Of a stretch of DNA of 20,746 nt, positions 1 through 7,100 are shown one piece after another. The stretch is from Nitrososphaerota archaeon (lineage in GTDB: Archaea; Thermoproteota; Nitrososphaeria; Nitrososphaerales; UBA57). The first letter of the stretch is position 1. Each line of letters opens with the position of its first letter. Below the pieces are notes generated by a model. The model was not told where the DNA came from and searched no databases. It saw only the letters and a program-made list of their open reading frames with translations. The stretch covers positions 1-20,746 of the forward strand of contig PAVW01000017.1 of the NCBI GenBank assembly GCA_002713205.1, written 5' to 3'. The translations under genes were made by a program, and so were the position numbers.

Positions 1-90
1 CCTGAGAAAACACCAACCGAATCTAAACCTGAGAAAACACCAACCGAATCTAAACCTGAGAAAACACCAACCGAATCTAAACCTGAGAAA
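1..90 (+). repeat. Perfect 27-bp tandem repeat (cctgagaaaacaccaaccgaatctaaa), 3 full copies plus a 9-bp partial; may continue upstream of the window
   Basis: Copies at 1-27, 28-54 and 55-81 are identical base for base; 82-90 repeats the first 9 nt. The unit length is a multiple of 3 and in frame with the coding tail. Confidence 0.95.
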
Positions 91-111
91 AAAATACCTC
101 CAAAAGAATAA
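1..111 (+). CDS. 3' end of an upstream gene (5' part lies outside the window); C-terminal tail made of PEKTPTESK nonapeptide repeats
   Basis: Frame 1 is open from base 1. It reads PEKTPTESK x3, then PEKKIPPKE, with stop TAA at 109-111 (hand translation). It is absent from the ORF track because it has no start in the window. Identity unknown. Confidence 0.5.
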   Translation, partial: PEKTPTESKPEKTPTESKPEKTPTESKPEKKIPPKE

Positions 112-121
112 TTAATGAAAT

Positions 122-415
122 GTGATTGGATTGTCTGAAGAAAAAACTGAAACCCCTGAAGAAAATAAGGTAGCCTCTGAAGAGGAAACCGAACAACCTG
201 TTGCTAAAGTTGTACGACCTAAACGACAAAAAAGAAAACCTAGATTTAGTCCACAAATTTATAAATTTTATCAAATTAAAGATTCAAAAATAACTAGACT
301 CCGTAATGAATGTCCTCGCTGCGGTAAAGGAGTATTCTTAGCCGAACATTCTGATAGATTAACATGTGGCAAATGTGGATATGCTGATTTTAAACATGTT
401 TCAAAAACAACCTGA
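122..415 (+). CDS. rps27ae: 30S ribosomal protein S27ae with an unusual ~35-aa acidic/low-complexity N-terminal extension
   Basis: C-terminal zinc-ribbon core [41 protein letters not shown] (CPRCG...CGKCG) is the S27ae signature. The only canonical start in the ORF is GTG at 122-124, with an in-frame TGA at 116-118 just upstream. Confidence 0.85.
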   Translation: MIGLSEEKTETPEENKVASEEETEQPVAKVVRPKRQKRKPRFSPQIYKFYQIKDSKITRLRNECPRCGKGVFLAEHSDRLTCGKCGYADFKHVSKTT

Positions 416-425
416 TTTATTAATT

Positions 426-1292
426 TTATTTTATCACTAGTAATTTTTTTGGTTTGTTCAAATGTTCTAATTTTTGATTTATTTCTTTATTTCGTCTAAT
501 TTTAGATAAGAGTTCTTTTTGTATAATTCCTGGTTTAACTCGACCCGCAAGAATATGTATATAATAATGTCTTAACATTCTAGAGAGATACCTAAATTGG
601 AAATAGATCTTCTTACTATTTTTCTTTTTTACTTTTAAACGAACAAATTTATTATCATAAACGATTTTTCCTGATGTATGCAATTCTTTCAAACACACTT
701 TAAATAATTTCAAACTTTTTTTCATATTCATATTCTTTTGATTACCTCCATAAGTCATTGTATAACTGTATTTCACAGGTGGGTATATGCTGATTCTTTG
801 TCTCAGTCTTTTGAACAGAAAATAATCGATAGGAATAAGAATAAATTGAATTAGGAATGAATATTCTGAATGTAATTCATCAATAGTTTCTATAATTACT
901 CTGCGTTTGTATTCATATTCAATTTTATAGAAAAAGTCATCATTTATCAAGGGTTCATATGGATTTAACAACCTTCCTATTACAAATTCACCAAGCTCGC
1001 CATTTTTTGCATCATTTTGTAATGCATTACTATCTACAAATATTGCAGAAATTTCAATTTGATCAAAAATATATTGATATCTTATTCTTTGTTGATAATT
1101 ATTAATTACAACAATTAGATCATAATCACTATGAGACTTTGCGTATCCAGAAATTCTTGATCCATATATACAAACGCCCTCTATTTTTAGACCTTTAGTT
1201 CTTTTTTTCAGAGTTTTTAAAACTAGTTTTTTTTCTTCTTCTTCAGTTAATTCATTTTTTGTTTTTATTTTTGACAATATTTTCAATCTCAT
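426..1292 (-). CDS. Nucleotidyltransferase-fold protein (Pol-beta/MNT-type N-terminal domain plus ~170-aa helical C-terminal region); substrate unknown
   Basis: GS...DxD catalytic signature YGSRISGYAKSHSDYDLIVV (nt 1119-1163), with a later strand Asp (AIFVDS). ATG start at 1290-1292. The 5' end overlaps the upstream gene by 41 nt. Confidence 0.6.
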   Translation of the reverse strand: MRLKILSKIKTKNELTEEEEKKLVLKTLKKRTKGLKIEGVCIYGSRISGYAKSHSDYDLIVVINNYQQRIRYQYIFDQIEISAIFVDSNALQNDAKNGELGEFVIGRLLNPYEPLINDDFFYKIEYEYKRRVIIETIDELHSEYSFLIQFILIPIDYFLFKRLRQRISIYPPVKYSYTMTYGGNQKNMNMKKSLKLFKVCLKELHTSGKIVYDNKFVRLKVKKKNSKKIYFQFRYLSRMLRHYYIHILAGRVKPGIIQKELLSKIRRNKEINQKLEHLNKPKKLLVIK

Positions 1293-1986
1293 TAATTCTT
1301 TGTTTTACCATTGGGTCAAATATAGTGTTTGTCATTGTAACAAAATTAAACCCGGCTATATTTGCACTTGGATTAATTTTAGTGTATGGTAATCCTTTAT
1401 TCATCCATAATTCTCGTGTTTTATTAATTAATTTTGCTTCTACCGTATGATTTGGAAATTTCTTTCTCATGAGTTTAATTAATGCTGGTCCTTTACTTTT
1501 ATCCTTAAAAATTAAATTTGGACTATAGAGTCTTTCCGCATCAGCATATTGTGATTCAAATATTGTATTTGCAATTTCATCAGATATGATATTTTTTGTT
1601 GTGAATCGCCTAACATGTTCAATGTAATGCAAAAATTCATGTGCTAAAATTCCATGAATTGTGCCTTTATTGCCAAATGCAATTAAAGCCGCTGATAACT
1701 GGACTATTATTGCTATACTTTGTCTGGTTGTATTTGGTATCGTTATTGTAGTTGGTATGGTTCTTGCAAACAAAATACCAGTTTTTCCTACTTCCAGACT
1801 TGTTTTTTCAATTGGTAAAATTGGTTCAATATAATATTGTGGATATTTAATTCCAGAAATTAATTCTATTCTCTTTGCTCCTTCTTCTACATATTGCATT
1901 CTTTTTATAATTTTATTGAAAATACTTTTTGGTATTTTATTTTTAATACTAAGATCATTGAACCTCCCTAATGGGTCCAATTCCAA
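1252..1986 (-). CDS. Putative zinc metallopeptidase (HExxHxxxH motif), family unassigned
   Basis: HEFLHYIEH at aa 116-124 (nt 1615-1641, verified by reverse-complement translation). Candidate third-ligand Glu at aa 137, 144 or 151. The start is TTG (1984-1986), 7 nt after the Lrp stop; the first in-frame ATG is at aa 30. Confidence 0.5.
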   Translation of the reverse strand: MELDPLGRFNDLSIKNKIPKSIFNKIIKRMQYVEEGAKRIELISGIKYPQYYIEPILPIEKTSLEVGKTGILFARTIPTTITIPNTTRQSIAIIVQLSAALIAFGNKGTIHGILAHEFLHYIEHVRRFTTKNIISDEIANTIFESQYADAERLYSPNLIFKDKSKGPALIKLMRKKFPNHTVEAKLINKTRELWMNKGLPYTKINPSANIAGFNFVTMTNTIFDPMVKQRINEIENIVKNKNKK

Positions 1987-1993
1987 TTCTTTA

Positions 1994-2470
1994 TTACCTC
2001 ATGTCCTTACTATCAATATTCATCGTTGAAACATAAGGTAACTTTTGTCTTTTCATCTCAATAAAAGTTTCAGTATGAGTAAGACCATCTATTTGCGCCA
2101 CTTTTTTCGATACCAATAAATGTAGATCATCTAAGGATTTTGCACTTAACAAAATAAGCAGATCGAATCTGCCAGTAATTTCAACAATTTCACGCGCTTC
2201 TTGTAAATTTGTTATTCGTTGTAAAATCTTATCCCTTTGTTTTGAATTGATATTACATCCAACAATTGCTCTTATTGGATACCCTAGTAAACTCTCATTA
2301 ATTTCTAAGGTAAATTTCTTAATTAACCCTTGATTGATAAGCCTTTTAATTCTACTATATACAACTGACACATTTATCTCGATTTTTTCACTTAGTTTTG
2401 GAACTGAAATATTCGCATCATTTACTAACTCTGATAGAATTTTTAGGTCCAATTCATCAAATTTAACCAT
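1994..2470 (-). CDS. Lrp/AsnC-family transcriptional regulator (HTH plus RAM/ligand domain)
   Basis: N-terminus LDLKILSELVNDANISVPKLSEKIEINVSVVYSRIKRLINQGLIKKF is the typical AsnC-type HTH. Length of 158 aa and the C-terminal alpha-beta domain fit the family. Confidence 0.85.
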   Translation of the reverse strand: MVKFDELDLKILSELVNDANISVPKLSEKIEINVSVVYSRIKRLINQGLIKKFTLEINESLLGYPIRAIVGCNINSKQRDKILQRITNLQEAREIVEITGRFDLLILLSAKSLDDLHLLVSKKVAQIDGLTHTETFIEMKRQKLPYVSTMNIDSKDMR

Positions 2471-2502
2471 TATTTTTCAACACTTCTATTAATTTTATAA
2501 AA

Positions 2503-2510
2503 TATATAAG
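2503..2510 (-). promoter_or_regulatory. Candidate TATA box (CTTATATA on the minus strand) for the Lrp gene
   Basis: tatataag on plus is CTTATATA on minus, 33 nt upstream of the ATG at 2470, inside the 66-bp gap after asd. The geometry suggests a very short leader. Confidence 0.35.
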
Positions 2511-2536
2511 CAAAAACGAAAAATCTTAAAATTCTA

Positions 2537-3619
2537 TTAATGAATCATTTTTTCTTTGACTAGAATTTCAGCCATTAATACAGTGCCTTTAGCAGCACCC
2601 ATACGTGTATTATGTGAAACAAGGACATATTTAATACCATTAGGAAAAACTTCATCTTTTCTAATTCGACCAATGGAAGTAGTCATTCCTCCTTCCGAAT
2701 CTCTATCTAATCTTGGCTGTGGTCTAAATGGATCATCCATAATTGTTAGTAATTGATTAGGAGCCGATGGAAGATCCATATCTGATAAACAATCTGAAAA
2801 AGATTTCATCGCCTCTTTTATTTCATCGACTTCGGCCTTATTCGATGTTATTACTAAAACAGATTCTGTATGACCATCAAGAACGTTTACTCTAGTACAT
2901 GTTGAAGACACTTTAAACGAAGCATTTTGAATAACTTCTCCAGATTTTTGCCCCAAAATTTTTAACGCTTCAATTGATACTTTTTCTTCTTCTTGTGGAA
3001 TATATGGAATTATATTATCTACTAAATCTAATACTGCTATACCTGGACTTCTTCCAGCACCTGATACTGCCTGTAATGATGTCATAATTACTGATTCTAT
3101 TCCAAATTTATCTTGAATGGGTTTAAGAGTAAAAGCTAATCCTGTAGTTGTACAATTTGCTTGCGGTGATATAAACCCGCTCCAACCTCGTTTCTTTTGC
3201 TCATGTAATATTTGTATATGTTCATTATTTACACCGGGAACAAGTATAGGAACATCTTTTTCATACCTAAATGCAGATGCTGTACTTAATACTGGAATAA
3301 ATTTTGCAAATCGTGGTTCAATTCTTTGTGCTGCATTAGTTTCTAATGCTGAAAATGCAACATCAAATTTTTCTGGATTTACTAGATCTCCATCTTCAAC
3401 AATCATATTATTTATTTCTGTCTTGGATTGTTCTTTACAAAACCATTGAATAGAACCATTTTGATTTTTGATTGCATCAATATATCTTTTACCCGCTGAA
3501 TTCTTTGATGCTGCAAGACCGGTTATTTCAAACCACGGATGATTCTGTAATGCTGTAATGCATTGTTGTCCAACTATTCCAGTTGCACCTATGATTATTG
3601 TTTTATACATAATTTTCAC
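2537..3619 (-). CDS. asd: Aspartate-semialdehyde dehydrogenase
   Basis: N-terminal NADP fold IIGATGIVGQ, active-site Cys context QANCTTTG, and C-terminal SHNTRMGAAKG. It lies between aspartate kinase and the Lrp gene. The track start is GTG at 3617-3619; ATG at 3608-3610 (MYKTIIIGATG) is an equally plausible start. Confidence 0.85.
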   Translation of the reverse strand: MKIMYKTIIIGATGIVGQQCITALQNHPWFEITGLAASKNSAGKRYIDAIKNQNGSIQWFCKEQSKTEINNMIVEDGDLVNPEKFDVAFSALETNAAQRIEPRFAKFIPVLSTASAFRYEKDVPILVPGVNNEHIQILHEQKKRGWSGFISPQANCTTTGLAFTLKPIQDKFGIESVIMTSLQAVSGAGRSPGIAVLDLVDNIIPYIPQEEEKVSIEALKILGQKSGEVIQNASFKVSSTCTRVNVLDGHTESVLVITSNKAEVDEIKEAMKSFSDCLSDMDLPSAPNQLLTIMDDPFRPQPRLDRDSEGGMTTSIGRIRKDEVFPNGIKYVLVSHNTRMGAAKGTVLMAEILVKEKMIH

Positions 3620-3620
3620 T

Positions 3621-5009
3621 TTATTTGTCCATGTTAAATTGTTTATGGATAGCTTCTGTAGCCAATTTACAATCTGATTCTTTAACTACGAAAGAAATAT
3701 TTTGTTCTGATGAACCCTGTGCAATCATCTTTACATTTATATTCTTACTTGAAATTGCACTAAATAATTTTGTAGCTACGCCGTGAGTTCCCTTCATACC
3801 AGCTCCTATAATTCCTATTACTGCCACTTCATCATCAGAATGAATATTATTAACACTACTTTTTCCTAGTAATCCGACTTGAAGAACACTAACTGCCTTT
3901 TGTAATTCATTTTGTTTGATGAGAAATGTTATATTTGCTTCTGAAATGCTTTGAGAAATCATTATTATATTGACATTATTTCGTCCTAATATACCAAATA
4001 TTTCACCTGCAGTACCAATGTTGCCTACCATGTTCATTCCAGATACAGTAACCATTGCTAGATTATTTATTATTGTGATTGCTTTTGTTATTTCATCTTT
4101 CTTTACATTTACCTCTTCATTTATCAAAGTACTCGGACCTTCTGGATCGAATGTGTTCTTTATTCTAACTGGAATATTAGCTAGTTTGGCAGGTTCCAAT
4201 GCTCTCGGGTGCATTCCTTTCGAACCCATTATTGCCATTTCTGTTGCTTCATTATATGATAATTGTGGAATTGTTTTTGCATTTGGATAGATTTTTGGAT
4301 TTGCTGTTAATAATCCATTCACATCTGTCATTATCCATATTTCATCTACGTCAAAACACATTCCGATTAAAGATGCTGTATAATCTGATCCACCACGACC
4401 TATTGTTGATATTTCCCCTTGTTGTGTAACGCCAATAAATCCTGTTATTACCGGTACTGTTTTCTCTAATCCTGATAAATTCTTCTTTATGTTATGTTGA
4501 GTAACTTTTACCAATGGTGATGCATTACCAAAGTTTTCATCAGTCATAATTCCAATTTCTCCTCCTGTGAAAGATTTTGATTCTATACCTGCATCTCTTA
4601 ACTTTGCTGATATTATAAGAACAGCTAATCTTTCTCCAAATGAAAGAATTTTATCTAATGTTTTATTACTTAATTCTTTAACCGTTATTACTCCATTGAC
4701 TGTTTTTTCCAACTCTTCAAGTAATACTGATATAGATTCCAATAATTCATTTTGAATTTTTTTATCATGAATAATCTCACTAGCTGTTTTTTTGTGTCGT
4801 TGTGTTATAATATCAAAAACCTCTAATTCCATTTTTCCTTTCTTTGCACTTTCTGCTAATTTAACTAATTCATCAGTAGTTGAGTGTAAAGCAGAAGATA
4901 CAACAATAATTTGATTTTTTTCATTTAATTTGCTTACAAAATCACAAACTTTATTTATCCTTTTTCCATTTCCCACCGACGTACCGCCAAATTTTATTAC
5001 TATTTTCAA
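3621..5009 (-). CDS. lysC: Aspartate kinase (catalytic domain plus C-terminal ACT domains)
   Basis: KFGGTSVG at the N-terminus and GRGGSDYTAS. The C-terminal region is duplicated and ACT-like. The start codon is TTG (5007-5009), 1 nt after the hom stop. Confidence 0.9.
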   Translation of the reverse strand: MKIVIKFGGTSVGNGKRINKVCDFVSKLNEKNQIIVVSSALHSTTDELVKLAESAKKGKMELEVFDIITQRHKKTASEIIHDKKIQNELLESISVLLEELEKTVNGVITVKELSNKTLDKILSFGERLAVLIISAKLRDAGIESKSFTGGEIGIMTDENFGNASPLVKVTQHNIKKNLSGLEKTVPVITGFIGVTQQGEISTIGRGGSDYTASLIGMCFDVDEIWIMTDVNGLLTANPKIYPNAKTIPQLSYNEATEMAIMGSKGMHPRALEPAKLANIPVRIKNTFDPEGPSTLINEEVNVKKDEITKAITIINNLAMVTVSGMNMVGNIGTAGEIFGILGRNNVNIIMISQSISEANITFLIKQNELQKAVSVLQVGLLGKSSVNNIHSDDEVAVIGIIGAGMKGTHGVATKLFSAISSKNINVKMIAQGSSEQNISFVVKESDCKLATEAIHKQFNMDK

Positions 5010-5010
5010 T

Positions 5011-6021
5011 TTAAACCCTCATATTCTGTTTAATTTCTACCAAATCTCTAATAATTGCACTAGCTGTTTCCATACCTCCTGCACCTTTACCAATAATAAT
5101 TTCCTCACCTGCAAATTCCGTTGTAAATTTAACAGAATTTAATGCACCTTTTACACACATTGGATCCTCTCTTGAAATCTCTATTGGACTCACTTTTGCC
5201 GACTTGTTTATACTTGCAATCAATTTAATCGTATTTCCATTACCTTTTGCTTTAGAAATATCTTTTTGTGTTATATCCCTTATACCTTTCACAGATAAGT
5301 CATTTAATACCAAATCTTTGTTTAATAATAAATTTCCCATTATCACCAATTTTGCGGCTGCATCAAATCCATCCACATCCAATGTTGGATCTGATTCAGC
5401 ATAACCCAATTTTTTCGCTTCATTTAACGCATCATTAAAACTTAATCCACGATTATCCATTTCTGTTAAAATATAATTTGTAGTCCCATTTAAAATTGCA
5501 TTTATTTCAAGTATTCTGTCTGCTTCAAGACATTTTCTTCCAAATTCTAGAATTGGTGTACCTCCTCCTACTGCTGCACTGTATTTTAAAATTACATTAT
5601 TGTAATTTGCTTTTTCAATTAAAGAAGAAAATGCAATTGCCAATGGTCCTTTATTTGCAGTTATGATATTTTTTTTAGTTTTTATTGCAATATCAAGTAG
5701 ACTGTTTGACGGTTCACCGTTTTGTATATTTGTAGGCGTCGCTTCAACCAAAAGTTCGGCATCAACTTCTTCAATTAATTCTATTGCTGTTTTATCTTTG
5801 TTACCTATTGATAGTTCTGAAATTGATTTGCCAGCTTCTTTTATATTAATTATATCGTTAATTTTTATTCCTTTTTCATTTATTGCCACGCCTTTTGAAT
5901 CTGCCGCCGCAACAATTGTTGGATCTAGTCCATAGTCTGACAGAAGATCTTGTTTACGATTAAGTAATAATTGACAAAAACTTTTTCCAATAGTTCCAAG
6001 TCCAATTAATATTGTTCTCAA
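5011..6021 (-). CDS. hom: Homoserine dehydrogenase
   Basis: N-terminal GLGTIG dinucleotide fold, and DPTLDVDGFDAAAKLVIMG, typical of the HSD catalytic domain. TTG start (6019-6021) is preceded by an in-frame TAA and a GGAG at 11-nt spacing. Confidence 0.85.
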   Translation of the reverse strand: MRTILIGLGTIGKSFCQLLLNRKQDLLSDYGLDPTIVAAADSKGVAINEKGIKINDIINIKEAGKSISELSIGNKDKTAIELIEEVDAELLVEATPTNIQNGEPSNSLLDIAIKTKKNIITANKGPLAIAFSSLIEKANYNNVILKYSAAVGGGTPILEFGRKCLEADRILEINAILNGTTNYILTEMDNRGLSFNDALNEAKKLGYAESDPTLDVDGFDAAAKLVIMGNLLLNKDLVLNDLSVKGIRDITQKDISKAKGNGNTIKLIASINKSAKVSPIEISREDPMCVKGALNSVKFTTEFAGEEIIIGKGAGGMETASAIIRDLVEIKQNMRV

Positions 6022-6104
6022 TTATACTCGCACTCCTTTTGCATATTTAACAAGTTATTTACATTAACTTAAACATAATATTGAATTCACTTTGTATTAA
6101 TTTT

Positions 6105-6139
6105 ATTCTATTAGAATGCCTTATTATGTAATTTTACAT
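6105..6139. promoter_or_regulatory. Two AT-rich palindromes in the hom / thrB divergent promoter region (candidate operator sites)
   Basis: ATTCTA-T-TAGAAT at 6105-6117 is a perfect 6+1+6 palindrome. ATGTAATTTTACAT at 6126-6139 matches 6/7 per half-site and lies 17-30 nt upstream of the thrB ATG. Chance palindromes are common at this AT content. Confidence 0.25.
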
Positions 6140-6155
6140 AATTTCACTGAAGCAG

Positions 6156-7100
6156 ATGAAAAAAAGAATTAAAAATGTTACGGCAATTGGACCTGCATCA
6201 AGTGCAAATTTGGGTTCCGGTTTTGATTGTTTTGCCATCGCATTAGATGATATTTTTGACACTGTCAAAATTAGCTTGAATTCTAAGCCTGATGTAATTA
6301 TTAAAAATATTAGTCAAACTAAAAATATTCCAACCCAACCTAATGAAAATACAGGAGGCTTGGTTGCATTAAATATAATTAAAGAATTCAATTTGCCTAA
6401 TGTAACACTAGGTATAAAAAAAGGTGTACCGCCTGGTAAAGGACTAGGTAGTAGTGCTGCAACCGCATCTGCAGTTGCAGTTGGTTTAAACAAAATGTTT
6501 TCTTTGAATTTATCTAAACATGAACTTTTAAAATTTGCTGCAAGTGGTGAAATTGCTTCTGCTGGTGTTGCACACTCAGATAATGTAGCTGGTTCATTGT
6601 TTGGCGGTTTTGTTGTTGTTTCTTCTTTTCCTAAAATTAATATAGCTTCTTTTTCTCCTCCTAAAAATTTACGTGTATGTATTGGAATTCCTAAAATAAA
6701 TACACCGCCAAAAAAAACAGGGTTGGCAAGAAAATTATTACCAAAAAGTGTAAAGTTTTCAGATGCCGTTATTAATATTTCTAATGCTGCAATGATGGTT
6801 GCTGGTTTTTCAAAGAGAGATGAAAATATTATTGGCGCATCTATGCATGATTCAATTGTAGAACCGGCAAGAGTATCTATGATACCTAATTATAAAAAAA
6901 TTAAAGCGCAAGTTTTAAAATCTGGTGGACTTGGTATGGCAATAAGTGGTGCAGGTCCTTCTGTTATTGTCTTTGTAAATACAAATCAACTTGTACAAAA
7001 TAAAATTAAAAAAATAATTAAATCTGGTTTTAAATCTGCAGGTTATAATTCCTCATTACTTATGACCAAAATTGGTAAAGGAGCTAGAGTGATTAAATAA
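6156..7100 (+). CDS. thrB: Homoserine kinase (GHMP kinase)
   Basis: PASSANLGSGFD and the GHMP motif PPGKGLGSSAATASA. Confidence 0.9.
   Translation: MKKRIKNVTAIGPASSANLGSGFDCFAIALDDIFDTVKISLNSKPDVIIKNISQTKNIPTQPNENTGGLVALNIIKEFNLPNVTLGIKKGVPPGKGLGSSAATASAVAVGLNKMFSLNLSKHELLKFAASGEIASAGVAHSDNVAGSLFGGFVVVSSFPKINIASFSPPKNLRVCIGIPKINTPPKKTGLARKLLPKSVKFSDAVINISNAAMMVAGFSKRDENIIGASMHDSIVEPARVSMIPNYKKIKAQVLKSGGLGMAISGAGPSVIVFVNTNQLVQNKIKKIIKSGFKSAGYNSSLLMTKIGKGARVIK

Noticed and set aside
1-90. Possible CRISPR array, considered for the 27-bp tandem repeats and for the 9935-10000 repeats.
   Set aside because: The 27-bp units are directly adjacent with no spacers and are in frame with a coding tail. 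The decamer array has 10-bp units. Neither has CRISPR repeat-spacer architecture, and no cas genes are present.
88-124. Possible frameshift fusing the PEKTPTESK-tail gene to rps27ae, via the A7 run at 88-94 and the similar E/K/T/P composition on both sides.
   Set aside because: I translated both the +1 and -1 alternatives. Each hits a stop within ~12 codons, and the S27ae frame has a TGA at 116-118. The two ORFs cannot be joined by a single indel.
77-274. A 65-aa minus-strand ORF opposite the repeat tail and rps27ae. Other small embedded ORFs in the track are similar (1259-1450, 2556-2756, 3117-3449, 3970-4290, 4199-4429, 4567-4755, 4930-5142, 5204-5404, 5663-5935, 8044-8274, 8578-8835, 9107-9310, 18734-18940).
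   Set aside because: All lie inside or antisense to ORFs with clear family signatures. Their Phe/Ile/Leu/Ser-rich translations are typical of out-of-frame reading of AT-rich coding DNA.
426-700. HEPN-like Rx4H motif (RHYYIH) in the C-terminal region of the NTase, which would make it an MNT-HEPN fusion.
   Set aside because: It is a single short motif in a basic, His/Tyr-rich stretch and is easily explained by chance. I cannot support a HEPN fold from sequence alone.
2537-3619. Whether the ASD-like gene could instead be a malonyl-CoA/succinyl-CoA reductase-type paralogue used in autotrophic carbon fixation.
   Set aside because: It sits in a 1-nt-spaced operon with aspartate kinase and homoserine dehydrogenase, opposite thrB-thrC. 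A biosynthetic asd is the parsimonious call, though only a phylogeny or assay can exclude the alternative.
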